Assembly (NCBI GenBank): GCA_944382125.1
Contig: CALWMV010000002.1
Location: 29,548 to 93,547, forward strand
From: an uncultured Lachnospiraceae bacterium
Lineage (GTDB): Bacteria > Bacillota > Clostridia > Lachnospirales > Lachnospiraceae
Reading direction: 5' to 3'
Length of the DNA: 64,000 nt
Both the position numbers and the translations under genes were made by a program. The notes beneath the pieces are model-generated. The model made no database searches. It was not told the origin of the DNA and saw only the letters and a list, made by a program, of their open reading frames with translations. Below, piece after piece: positions 37,071 to 46,518 of the stretch (its first letter is position 1; each line of letters begins with the position of its first letter).

Positions 37071-38137
37071 CTGGAGGAAAGCTTCTCCACTGCTTTTCTT
37101 ATATCCTTAAGAAGCTTCTCAACGTCCTCATCCTTAGTGGCCCAGGAGATGCATATCCTGACCGCAGTCCTGTCCTTATCCACCGGGGCCCAGGTGCTGA
37201 AGGTATACTTTTTGGAGAGCTTCTTCAGAAGCTTATTGGGAAATACGAAGAACTGCTGGTTCGTAGGGCTCTCGCCATAAGCACTGAAGCCATCCTCAAG
37301 GAGTTCCCTCCTGAGTCTGAGGGCCAGCATATCCGCATGGGCGGAAAGATCAAAATACAGGCAGTCCCCCAGCTCATCCTTCTCAAACAGAGTCTCAAAC
37401 TGTATGCCCAGGAGCCTTCCCTTGGCAAGGAGGCCTCCCTTCTGCTTTATATAGTATCCGAAGTCCTTATGACTCACACTGCTGTTGAATACCACTGCCT
37501 CTCCGAACAGGGCCCCCTGCTTGGTTCCGCCTATGTAAAATACATCAGTAAGCTCATATATATCCTTAAGGCTCAGATCACATTCGGGAGACTTGAGTCC
37601 GTATCCCAGCCTTGCTCCATCCAGATACAGGTACATGTCGTACTTTCTGCATATCTTGCGTATGGCCTTAAGCTCATCCTTTGTATAAAGGCTTCCGCTC
37701 TCAGTGGAAAATGAAACATACACGGCACCGGGCTTGACCATATGCTCAGCTGTCTCATCAGCCCAGTAAGTGCGGAGATATTCCTTCAGATCGGCTGCAC
37801 TCAGCTTTCCGTTATGGTTGGGAAGGGTTATGACCTTGTGGCCCTGGGCCTCTATGGCTCCCGACTCATGGACCGCTATGTGTCCTGTATCAGCACTGAT
37901 GACTCCCTCATGGGGTCTCAGGAGATAACTGAGCACTGTCATATTGGTCTGGGTGCCGCCTACCAGGAACTTTACATAGGCCTCACTGTCTCCGCAGAGC
38001 TCCCTGATCAGCTCCCTTGCACGCTCGCAGTGGACATCCTCCCCATATCCAGGGGTCTGCTCAAGATTAGTGGCTGCAAGCCTCTCGATTATCCTCTCAT
38101 GAGCTCCCTCAAGATAGTCATTGCTGAACATTTTCAT
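37067..38137 (-). CDS. Threonine-aldolase-family PLP enzyme (beta-eliminating lyase fold)
   Basis: 356 aa with FSNDYLEGAHERI, GGTQTN and PLP-lysine context GGTKQGALFGEAV. It has a 4 nt overlap with recJ. Confidence 0.7.
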   Translation of the reverse strand: MKMFSNDYLEGAHERIIERLAATNLEQTPGYGEDVHCERARELIRELCGDSEAYVKFLVGGTQTNMTVLSYLLRPHEGVISADTGHIAVHESGAIEAQGHKVITLPNHNGKLSAADLKEYLRTYWADETAEHMVKPGAVYVSFSTESGSLYTKDELKAIRKICRKYDMYLYLDGARLGYGLKSPECDLSLKDIYELTDVFYIGGTKQGALFGEAVVFNSSVSHKDFGYYIKQKGGLLAKGRLLGIQFETLFEKDELGDCLYFDLSAHADMLALRLRRELLEDGFSAYGESPTNQQFFVFPNKLLKKLSKKYTFSTWAPVDKDRTAVRICISWATKDEDVEKLLKDIRKAVEKLSSR

Positions 38138-38397
38138 AGTACATTTCTCCTTGATCTGAATTCTAAGATATATATGGCTATAGGTCCGAAATATATATTG
38201 TGAATAGTATAATCCAGCCTTGTCTCCTTAGCAAGACAAACTTAAGACTCTGTATGCCGGCACTTAAGACGGCCCGCAAGGTGCATCAGAACCATACAGA
38301 CTCTGGCTTAAGGCTGTGCATTTTCCGCCTTATGCTCCTGCATGAAGTTTTTCAGGCGCCTTTAGTGTTTTTTTTCATGTACCCAATCTGTAAACAT

Positions 38398-38426
38398 TTG
38401 ACAGATTTTTTTTGCGGTGATATATT
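38398..38426 (+). promoter_or_regulatory. Candidate csp promoter
   Basis: TTGACA, a 17 nt spacer, then TATATT, about 45 nt upstream of the csp ATG. Confidence 0.5.
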
Positions 38427-38472
38427 TGCGTTGGTTTATAATAATATAAGCCTTATCATCAGGAGGTATAAC

Positions 38473-38670
38473 ATGAAAGGAACAGTCAAGTGGTTCAACA
38501 ACCAGAAGGGCTACGGCTTCATCTCGGATGAGAACGGTAAGGATATCTTCGTTCATTATTCCGGTCTCAACATGGAGGGCTTCAAGACTCTCGATGAGGG
38601 ACAGCAGGTTGAATTCGACGTTGTCGAAGGAGCTAAGGGACCCCAGGCTACTAATGTAACAAAGTTATGA
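38473..38670 (+). CDS. Cold-shock protein (CspA family)
   Basis: [30 protein letters not shown] carries the RNP1 and RNP2 motifs. AGGAGG lies 6 nt upstream. The long ORF-track N-terminal extension is spurious. Confidence 0.95.
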   Translation: MKGTVKWFNNQKGYGFISDENGKDIFVHYSGLNMEGFKTLDEGQQVEFDVVEGAKGPQATNVTKL

Positions 38671-38833
38671 TCTCTCTTTTATAAATTCCTTTCATTGCAT
38701 TATGGCGGATAGCGACCAATAACGAGATTATTAGCACGTTATTTAAAATAAGTTATGAATAGAAATTATCAAAGATGCACCGGGACAGCCCTCAGGGCTT
38801 CTCGCAGGTTGTGGCTTAAACGCTGGTAGCATT

Positions 38834-38864
38834 AAGGCGGCAGTTAAAACTGCCGCCTTTTTCT
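38834..38864 (+). terminator. Rho-independent terminator (plus orientation)
   Basis: AAGGCGGCAGT-TAAA-ACTGCCGCCTT perfect 11 bp stem followed by T5. Confidence 0.8.
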
Positions 38865-38875
38865 CTGCCTTTATA

Positions 38876-39391
38876 TCAGTCTGCGTTCCTTCCGCAGCAC
38901 TTCTTGTACTTCTTTCCTGATCCGCAGGGGCAGGGATCATTGGGATATATCTTCCTTCCCTGACGCCTTACCGTTCCCGCTGCCTTGCACTTATGATAAA
39001 GCTCGTCCCTCTTTTCCTTGGAAAGCACGTTCTCCCACTGAGGAAGCTCATAGAGCCAGGGAGCCTTTGCGTCTACCATGTTGTAGTAAAGCTTTTCCGG
39101 ATCTATCTCTATCTTTATGACCGTATCCTCGGTCATCTCCCCGATGGGGTTCTCATAGCCCTTGAGGGACTCATTTATACCATCCAGGAAGCCTGTGATG
39201 AGCTTGATATCCGTATCATACTTCTCAGCCAGCTCCTTTACGGTGCACTCCGTCACCCTCTCTGGCTCGGAAAGCAGATCCTCATATATGCTCTTCTCTT
39301 TAAGGAAATATCTCTCCCAGAGCTTCTGCTGCGCCTTTTTATCATGGCCCTCTCCGTAGGCCTCTTCTCTCCAGTTCTCAAGTAATGTCAT
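38876..39391 (-). CDS. SEC-C motif domain protein
   Basis: Has the C-terminal metal-binding PCPCGSGKKYKKCCG motif. I prefer the ATG at 39391 (MTLLENWREE...). Confidence 0.7.
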   Translation of the reverse strand: MTLLENWREEAYGEGHDKKAQQKLWERYFLKEKSIYEDLLSEPERVTECTVKELAEKYDTDIKLITGFLDGINESLKGYENPIGEMTEDTVIKIEIDPEKLYYNMVDAKAPWLYELPQWENVLSKEKRDELYHKCKAAGTVRRQGRKIYPNDPCPCGSGKKYKKCCGRNAD

Positions 39392-39524
39392 CTTTGATCT
39401 CACTCCTGTAATCATAATATCCCGGCAGCCCTCTGTCTTCCTATGATCAGTTCTCATCCGGTCTCTCTGCTGCCGCAGACCTCAGTGCATAGTATATCCG
39501 TTTATCTACTGCCTTGCAAGCTCT

Positions 39525-40373
39525 TTACAAAAGGTCCCTGTTGGCAGCCAGCAGAAGATGCTTTGCAAGCACAGCCGTAGTCACTGCTCCTACCCCTCCG
39601 GGCACCGGCGTTATGGCCGAGGCCTTCAGCCTGCAGTCCTCAAAATCCACATCTCCGCAGAGCTTTCCGTCCCTGTCCGTATTGATCCCCACGTCTATGA
39701 CCACACAGGATCTCTTTATGTAATCCGAATTGATCATCCTGGGACGTCCTATGGCTGATATAAGTATGTCGGCCCTTCTTGAAACCTTCTGAAGCTCGGC
39801 AGTCCTGCTGTGGCATATGGTGACCGTGGCATCCTCCTTGAGAAGCAGCATGGAAAGGGGCTTTCCCACCACATTGGATCGGCCTATTATGCCCACATTC
39901 TTTCCCGCCAGACTGATCTTATAATACTTCAGCAGTTCCACCACTGCCTGGGCAGTGCAGGGAGCAAAGCCATCAGTGCCAAGGTAAAGGCCAGCCGCAT
40001 TGACCGGGCTTATCCCGTCCACATCCTTTTCGCTGTCCATGCAGCTTATGATGAATCCCTCATTGAGCTGGGGAGGAAGGGGCCGCATCAGCAGTATCCC
40101 ATCGGTCCGCTTGTCCTCATTTATCTTTCCGAAGGCGCGCTGGAAGATGTTGTCATTGACATCCTCAGGAAAAACTATGCTCTCCGCCTCCATGCCGAAT
40201 TCCCTTATCCGTCTTATGGCGTTGCGCTCATAGCTCAGGTCCTCCGGCTTTTCTCCGCACCTTATCACCGCAAGCTTCGGCTTCCTTCCAAGCATCATCT
40301 CTACTCCCGGAAGCTTTTCTTTTATCTCTTCCCCTATTGCTTCAGCAACAGGCCTGCCATTAAGCTCTCTCAT
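39525..40373 (-). CDS. folD: Bifunctional methylenetetrahydrofolate dehydrogenase/cyclohydrolase
   Basis: 282 aa with GRSNVVGKPL and PVPGGVGAVT motifs. It has an ATGA overlap with the upstream yfhO-like gene. Confidence 0.9.
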   Translation of the reverse strand: MRELNGRPVAEAIGEEIKEKLPGVEMMLGRKPKLAVIRCGEKPEDLSYERNAIRRIREFGMEAESIVFPEDVNDNIFQRAFGKINEDKRTDGILLMRPLPPQLNEGFIISCMDSEKDVDGISPVNAAGLYLGTDGFAPCTAQAVVELLKYYKISLAGKNVGIIGRSNVVGKPLSMLLLKEDATVTICHSRTAELQKVSRRADILISAIGRPRMINSDYIKRSCVVIDVGINTDRDGKLCGDVDFEDCRLKASAITPVPGGVGAVTTAVLAKHLLLAANRDLL

Positions 40374-43075
40374 CCTGTTTCTCCCCCGAAAACACCGTTT
40401 TTTTCTTTCTCGCTTTCATTACCACTGTCTTCAATATTTTCCTTATCAGTAACTTCATCATTTTCTTTATCAGTTACTTCATCGGCCATCCCTGAGGACT
40501 CCGGTACTTCCTCTTTCCTTCTTCGTTTCATCAGCATATAAAGGCGGCCTCCCTTTTCAAGGCTGACCGAAAGGACAAGCAGCACCAGGGATATGCCGGA
40601 TACCGCAGCTCCCTGCCAGAGGCCCTCAGGTGTATACCTCAATTCTATCATATGCTCTCCCTCAGGAACAGAGGCAGAAAGGAAGGCTCCGAAGGCCTTT
40701 TCGGTCTTTGCTTCATTGCCATCGATATAGAGCTTCCATCCGCTGTCATAGGGTATGCTGAAGAATAGCCTTCCATATCCGCGTCTTCCTGCCGACTCCT
40801 CATCCACGGAGATCCTTCCTCTGACATATCCGTCCTCCCAGCTGAGAAGCTCCATCGCTCCATTGAAAAGCCTGTCATAGACCTGCTTCAGGGCACTGTA
40901 ATCAAATCTGTATATCTCAGCCTCCATATTCGTGCCCTTGGTCTCTGATCTCATGCGTATGGTGTCCCCACGCCTGCAGTCTCCAAGCTCTATGAGATAT
41001 CCTCTGTCCACATGGCTTAGGGTCTGTCGCTTTTCCGGCCATGTGACTGTGACGCTGTTTATGTCCGGATCTTTGATCACGGCATAATACTCTCCATCCC
41101 TGGTTATGGTAACGGCATAGTCTTCTCCCTCCACATTTCCGGCTTCACCGTTCGGCACCAGCACCTGCGGAAGCCCCAGCATATCGCAGAAGGAATTCTG
41201 AAGGAGGACAGGATCCGTAAGCTCCAGCATCCAGTTCTCCTCAAGCCCTTCGGGAAGCAGGAAGCCCGCCGGAAGCCAGTAATTATTTTCATAAAGATAG
41301 GCATCTCCCCTGCTCTCTATGAACTTCTTGCCCTCGCCGTCTGTCTGGGGACTGTCATAGACCGCATAGCGTACCGAAAACAGCATATTCACGAAGGGCG
41401 TGGAGCCTGTGATGCTGTAGGCATTGGTCGAGGCCTCACATCCGAGCTTCCTGAAAAAATCCGTGCAGTCCGCATTGGCAAGGGAGGAGAAAAGGGAGAC
41501 CGAAGGGAAATTGAGCCAGGCTCCGTCATTTTTGGTCTTCCGGCTTATCCTCTCTATCCTGAACAGGTCAGTGCTGGGAAAAAGCCCATCCAGCAGGGCC
41601 CTGATCTCTTCGTTGTCCTTTACATAGGCGGTACGGCTCGTGGTGGTTATCCCCGTAAGCGCCGTATTGGCAGCAGCCTCCAGACACACAAGGCAGAAGG
41701 CCAGAAAGGCTGCAGCCCGTCTCATCCTCCGCTTATTGAGGAAGATATAAAGCAGTCCTCCGTAAAGGGCCAGAAGCAAAAGGGAAAAATAATATACTGC
41801 AAAATGTATGTGCTGTTCCCCGTAGCCTATGGTGTGCTGACAGAGGAGCACAAAACCCAGGGCTATGGCCATCGCCGTATATATCTCCCGTCTTCGTATG
41901 AAGCGCTTCTTCTGGTATATCCTGAAGGCCATGAATATCACCAGGAAGATATAGATATATGACTGTCTTGCAGGCAGTGAATTGGGATAATGGAGTCCGT
42001 GCCATATAAAATTCAGCACATTTATGGAAAAGCCCATCAGCATGAAAAGGAACAGCACGGTATATACTATCTTTTCCGCAGGCCTTATCCTTCTGTTCAT
42101 GAGATAAAGGGGGTATGCAAGCAGCACGAAAACACCACTGTATATATTCGGCCAGTGATCCAGGGCCTGCTCCGTTTCTATGCCCGGCAGATGTCTTACC
42201 AGCATGTCGAATACGGAAAAATACTCAGTAAATATCTCGGGAAAATTGATATCAGCAGACGCCGTGTACCCCATCGCAGCGATCTCCGGAAGGAGCAGCA
42301 CCGCTGCAAGGCCCCCTGCCAGCAGGCTGTACCAGGCAAACCTGAGGGCTGAGGCTCCTGCCTCTTTCAGGGAAGCGGGCCTGTAAAGGACCTGAAGCGC
42401 AATAAAGTATATGCACAGGAACATGCAGGTCATTATGGAGATATAGTAATTGGAAAGTATGCTTATCCCGAGGGCCAGGGTATAGAGCCCTCCTCTTTTC
42501 TCCCTCTGAAGCCTTTCCATGCCGAGCATCACGAGAGGGAAGAGCACTATGCAGTCCAGCCACATTATGTTCCAGTAATAGGCACAGACATAGCCTGAAA
42601 GAGCATAGAAGATGGCAAACAGTGAGGTCCCCGTATCTGCCATGGCACCGTGAGACCTAAGATAATGATTCATGGTCACTCCGCAGAGCCCTATCTTGAG
42701 CACTACCATGAACATGATGAATTCTATCACGAATTCCCTGTTCACCAGCACTATGAACCAGTTGAGGGGGCTTGCCAGATAATAGGCATAAAGGGCCAGG
42801 AAATTTACTCCCAGTCCAACATCAAAGCTGTAAAGCAGTGAGCCCCCGTTCTGAAGCTTCTCCCTGAATTCCGACATGAAGGGAGCATACTGATGGTACA
42901 TATCCGTCCGAAGGAAGCATTCTTCTCCAAAGGGATAGACACCCCCTGCAATAAGTATGACCGTCACTATAAGCACGGGGACAAAAAAGGATATCAGTGC
43001 CGACTCCTTTTTCTGATATACGATCTTATTTTTTAAAGATGAAAAGCTTGCTCGCAACATAATTGAATACCACAT
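40370..43075 (-). CDS. YfhO-family membrane glycosyltransferase (GT-C-like)
   Basis: About 900 aa with roughly 13 TM segments, then a large extracytoplasmic domain and a terminal TM. The N-terminal region ...DMYHQYAPFMSEF... is typical of YfhO. The exact start is uncertain, between 43060 and 43075. Confidence 0.8.
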   Translation of the reverse strand: MWYSIMLRASFSSLKNKIVYQKKESALISFFVPVLIVTVILIAGGVYPFGEECFLRTDMYHQYAPFMSEFREKLQNGGSLLYSFDVGLGVNFLALYAYYLASPLNWFIVLVNREFVIEFIMFMVVLKIGLCGVTMNHYLRSHGAMADTGTSLFAIFYALSGYVCAYYWNIMWLDCIVLFPLVMLGMERLQREKRGGLYTLALGISILSNYYISIMTCMFLCIYFIALQVLYRPASLKEAGASALRFAWYSLLAGGLAAVLLLPEIAAMGYTASADINFPEIFTEYFSVFDMLVRHLPGIETEQALDHWPNIYSGVFVLLAYPLYLMNRRIRPAEKIVYTVLFLFMLMGFSINVLNFIWHGLHYPNSLPARQSYIYIFLVIFMAFRIYQKKRFIRRREIYTAMAIALGFVLLCQHTIGYGEQHIHFAVYYFSLLLLALYGGLLYIFLNKRRMRRAAAFLAFCLVCLEAAANTALTGITTTSRTAYVKDNEEIRALLDGLFPSTDLFRIERISRKTKNDGAWLNFPSVSLFSSLANADCTDFFRKLGCEASTNAYSITGSTPFVNMLFSVRYAVYDSPQTDGEGKKFIESRGDAYLYENNYWLPAGFLLPEGLEENWMLELTDPVLLQNSFCDMLGLPQVLVPNGEAGNVEGEDYAVTITRDGEYYAVIKDPDINSVTVTWPEKRQTLSHVDRGYLIELGDCRRGDTIRMRSETKGTNMEAEIYRFDYSALKQVYDRLFNGAMELLSWEDGYVRGRISVDEESAGRRGYGRLFFSIPYDSGWKLYIDGNEAKTEKAFGAFLSASVPEGEHMIELRYTPEGLWQGAAVSGISLVLLVLSVSLEKGGRLYMLMKRRRKEEVPESSGMADEVTDKENDEVTDKENIEDSGNESEKEKNGVFGGETG

Positions 43076-43469
43076 TTATCACCGTAGTGACTAGCTTGGC
43101 TATATATTCGTCGATACCTGCAAGGTCTACCATGGCCCAGATCACCAGCGTCACCAGGAGCCCGCTCAGGGCCCTCGCAGCCAGGAATGATGATGCCTCC
43201 GCTGCAAGATGGGAAGGACTGAAATCATAATTACGGAATACCAGAAGCTTATTGGTGATATAAGCAAACAATACCGCTGCCGCCCAGGAGCTTACCTGAG
43301 CGATCATGACCGCCGTGATCTCATCCAGCTTTCCGGATCGGCTGAGGGCCTCATTTACCAGGGTAAATACCCCCAGATCCACAAGGGTGGCCAGCACTCC
43401 GGCTATAAGATATGATATGGTCTCATAATTGAGGACCTTCTGAAATAATCCTTTATTTTTTCCTGTCAT
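43026..43469 (-). CDS. GtrA-family small membrane protein (polyprenyl-P-sugar flippase candidate)
   Basis: A protein of about 147 aa with 4 TM segments, containing FQKVLNYETISYLIAGVLATLVDLGVF and a C-terminal FNYVASKLFIF. It overlaps both neighbouring genes. Confidence 0.8.
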   Translation of the reverse strand: MTGKNKGLFQKVLNYETISYLIAGVLATLVDLGVFTLVNEALSRSGKLDEITAVMIAQVSSWAAAVLFAYITNKLLVFRNYDFSPSHLAAEASSFLAARALSGLLVTLVIWAMVDLAGIDEYIAKLVTTVINVVFNYVASKLFIFKK

Positions 43470-44859
43470 GTCGTTTCTTATAAAGCTCCAGTTCTCTCTC
43501 AAATTCTTCTTCGCTTATGCCCATGCTTTCGAGTCTGTATCGGCGGCGCCTCCTGGCTCTGCGTTTCCTGTCCCTTTCCTCATCGACCCTGTGCTTATGA
43601 TATACGGCTCCTCCCGAGAACATCATGAAGGCCGCTATGCCGGCAGCTATCGCTGCCACCGATACGCCCACTGCCACCCTGGTTGCCGGAGGAACTGCCT
43701 CTATGGATATGATGGGCTCTCTGTCATTAAGTATATAGTAGCTTCCGCAGGTATGATCCTCATAGGATAGGGTAAGCTTTGCCACCGCATCCTCAGGGGC
43801 ATATCCCGAAAGATTATATTCAAGATCAGTGGTCACCAGACTCCTGTCTGCACCGTAAGGAAGGGTCACCTTAAGTTCCCTGTCGGTACTGAGCTTATTA
43901 TTACCCTCCTTTATGACCGTATCCGAAAGCAGCCTCTGTTCTATGACGTCAAGGTTTATGAATTCAGAGGTATCTATGTTTTCAAAGCTGGAAAAGCCAT
44001 AGTCCATCATGGCTCTGGTATCCAGATAATGCTGGGGATTAGTATCCTGCATGCAGACTATTGACAGCCTCCGTCCCCCTGACTCCGCCATGGTCACAAG
44101 GGTATTGCCGGAAGCCGAGGTAAAGCCCGTCTTTCCGCCTACCACTCTGCTGTCAGAATACTGATTGCCGTCCCGGAGCATCCTGTGGCCTATCCGCATC
44201 AGAAGACCCGAGGGGACCTTCTCCGTAGCAGGAAGCCGGTAGGAATCTGCGGTCTCTATCTCCAGGAATGCAGGCATGTCAAAAAGGGCGTTGGCTATCA
44301 GGGCCATATCGTAGACCGAGGTAAGATGAGTACTGTCCGTAAGACCGCTGGGATTCTTGAAGCTGGTATCAGCACAGCCAAGCTCCCTGGCCCTCTCATT
44401 CATCATTTCGGCAAAGCCTTCTATGCTGCCTCCCACATGCTCTGCAAGGGCATTGGCCACATCATTGGCAGAGTAAAGGAGCAGGGCATAGAGACAGTCC
44501 TTTACGCTCAGCTGGTCTCCTGCCGACATGTATGCAGTGACGGCTCCGTATTCAAGATCCGTCACGGCCCTTTCTGAAAATGTCACCATCTCATCCTGGC
44601 TGCAGTTTTCAAGCACCAGAAGGGCAGTCATCAGCTTCGTTATCGAAGCCGGGTAGCACTTCTCATGTATGTTTTTTCCGTAAAGTATGGCTCCCGTATC
44701 CGCGTCCATGACTATCGCCGTACCGGCATTTATGTCCCCCGGGCCTCCCCAGGATGCACCAAACCCAAAAAAGCTTCCCTTCAGAAGGAAAGCCAGGACT
44801 GCAATGACAAATGCCAGTCTTTTCAGATATGAGAAATATGTTTTACGGACTGAATTCAA
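43453..44859 (-). CDS. D-alanyl-D-alanine carboxypeptidase (PBP5/DacB-like, S11)
   Basis: Contains SITK (SxxK), SAND (SxN) and KTG (GGKTGFT) motifs, a C-terminal TM anchor and an Arg-rich tail. Confidence 0.85.
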   Translation of the reverse strand: MNSVRKTYFSYLKRLAFVIAVLAFLLKGSFFGFGASWGGPGDINAGTAIVMDADTGAILYGKNIHEKCYPASITKLMTALLVLENCSQDEMVTFSERAVTDLEYGAVTAYMSAGDQLSVKDCLYALLLYSANDVANALAEHVGGSIEGFAEMMNERARELGCADTSFKNPSGLTDSTHLTSVYDMALIANALFDMPAFLEIETADSYRLPATEKVPSGLLMRIGHRMLRDGNQYSDSRVVGGKTGFTSASGNTLVTMAESGGRRLSIVCMQDTNPQHYLDTRAMMDYGFSSFENIDTSEFINLDVIEQRLLSDTVIKEGNNKLSTDRELKVTLPYGADRSLVTTDLEYNLSGYAPEDAVAKLTLSYEDHTCGSYYILNDREPIISIEAVPPATRVAVGVSVAAIAAGIAAFMMFSGGAVYHKHRVDEERDRKRRARRRRRYRLESMGISEEEFERELELYKKRHDRKK

Positions 44860-44863
44860 AATA

Positions 44864-45712
44864 TCAGGCTCCTAACCTGGTTATCCTTGCGTAGTTAAAA
44901 AGATACTGCTGTATCACCCCTGCACAGTCTGAGTACTCCTCCGGCAGGCTTCCTCCGTATACCCCGTCTATGACTCTCTTCATCCATACATCCACCGGAG
45001 CCACCTCCAGCCTGTGATATCCGAAGAGTGCCACACAGGAGGCCACCTTTATCCCTACACCCTTAAGTTCCATAAGAGCCTCTATAAGCTCTCCTGTGGG
45101 AAGCTCATCAAAGCCTTTGAGGCTGCCTGAGGCTGCCTTAAGAGCCGCCTCTCTTACATAGGAGACCCTGTAGCCAAGACCGCAGGCCGAGAGAGCCCTC
45201 TCATCTGCTGCAGCAAGGGCCTCTGGCTTTGGAAAGGCATAGAAGCACCCTGCATCTCTCTCCCCGCTTCCGGGCAGGATCTTCTTCTCGCCGAAGCTCT
45301 CGCAGAGCCTCTCTATGGAAGTTCGTATGGCGGGTATGGATTTGCGCTGTGATATGATGAAGGATATCAGCATCTCAAAGGGTTCCTGACGGAGTATGCG
45401 TATGCCTGTGCCGAACTCCGCTGCTCTCCGAAGAAAGCTGTCATCCTCCTTTATCTGCCTTCTGAAAGAGGAGTAATCCGTATCAAGGTCAAAATATCCT
45501 CTCCAGATACTGTCAAATTCCTCTCTACTGCAGTTAAAAATGAAAGTATCCTCTGCGGCCCTTTGTATTGTGAGCTGCCTGCCAAAGGCGATCAGTCTGA
45601 TGTCTCCGCAGCTGTCTCCGGTCATGCGGAAGCACTGGCCCGATTCCGCTATGGCATCAGGAGAAAAATCCTCGATCCTCAGCTTAAGACGCTCCGATTT
45701 AATCTGCGGCAT
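44864..45712 (-). CDS. ogg: 8-oxoguanine DNA glycosylase / HhH-GPD base-excision enzyme
   Basis: Contains HhH-GPD with a catalytic-Lys context (LKGVGIKVASCVALFG) and a downstream VDVW. I prefer the ATG at 45712. Confidence 0.7.
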   Translation of the reverse strand: MPQIKSERLKLRIEDFSPDAIAESGQCFRMTGDSCGDIRLIAFGRQLTIQRAAEDTFIFNCSREEFDSIWRGYFDLDTDYSSFRRQIKEDDSFLRRAAEFGTGIRILRQEPFEMLISFIISQRKSIPAIRTSIERLCESFGEKKILPGSGERDAGCFYAFPKPEALAAADERALSACGLGYRVSYVREAALKAASGSLKGFDELPTGELIEALMELKGVGIKVASCVALFGYHRLEVAPVDVWMKRVIDGVYGGSLPEEYSDCAGVIQQYLFNYARITRLGA

Positions 45713-46457
45713 ATACCCTGAAGGGATAGCAGGTCCCGTCCTCCTTGCTTCTTGCATAATATACGACTATATGATCCCCGCTGTCCTGCTCCAGGGAACC
45801 GTCCTCTATCCTGCAGTTGTCTTTAAGGAAAAATATCTCCTCACCGGATGCGGTGCTGATAGCAAAGGTGCTCATGGCATTATCGATGGTAACGCCCTCA
45901 GCCCTCAATATCTCATATTCGCCCTCGGGGAGCATGACCACAAAATCGACATTTTCGCTGTCCTTCATCATATCCCCGCAGAAAAGTATCGCTGTTTCCG
46001 CTCCTGAGACCGGATCTATAAGTATATCTCCAAGCTCGGTGCCGGGCACTGACCAGACATTTTCCGGATCGTTTTTATCACTGAAGGAATAGACAGTCAC
46101 ATCTCCCTCCTTCACGGCTCCGGTGATCGTGGCATGCATGATGCCAAAGTACTCAGTTCCTTCGCCCTCTGACTCCTCCGAGGCTGCCGTTTCTGGGTAG
46201 GTCTCGGTTATCTCAGCTTCCCCGTCTCCCGGGGCTTCGGCGGTATCCTGCTCCAGGGCCTTCGCTTCCGCAGCTTCTGCTTCGGTCTCTGCCACGGCTA
46301 CAGTCTCCGCCGCGTCCGATAAGCTCTCAGAAGGAAGTTCTGCCTCTGCTGCAGGGATCTCAGTTTCGGCGGCGTTCTCTCCTCCGCAGCCTGCAGCAAA
46401 GCAGGCAATGAGGCTGACTATCGCAATCTGTTTCGCTTTTGGTCTGAACTTTATCAT
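45699..46457 (-). CDS. Hypothetical lipoprotein
   Basis: Signal peptide plus lipobox (IACFAAGCGG), then an acidic A/E/T linker and a domain of about 150 aa of unknown function. Confidence 0.6.
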   Translation of the reverse strand: MIKFRPKAKQIAIVSLIACFAAGCGGENAAETEIPAAEAELPSESLSDAAETVAVAETEAEAAEAKALEQDTAEAPGDGEAEITETYPETAASEESEGEGTEYFGIMHATITGAVKEGDVTVYSFSDKNDPENVWSVPGTELGDILIDPVSGAETAILFCGDMMKDSENVDFVVMLPEGEYEILRAEGVTIDNAMSTFAISTASGEEIFFLKDNCRIEDGSLEQDSGDHIVVYYARSKEDGTCYPFRVYAAD

Positions 46458-46518
46458 ATTTCTCCTTATGTTCTTATTATATCTTAAACTATATAAGATG
46501 ATTGACTATATCCCTTGA

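Noticed and set aside
38743-38940. A 65-codon minus-strand ORF spanning the csp terminator.
   Set aside because: It runs through a strong plus-strand terminator hairpin and overlaps the 3' end of the SEC-C gene. It has no RBS and a low-complexity Ala/Pro-rich translation.
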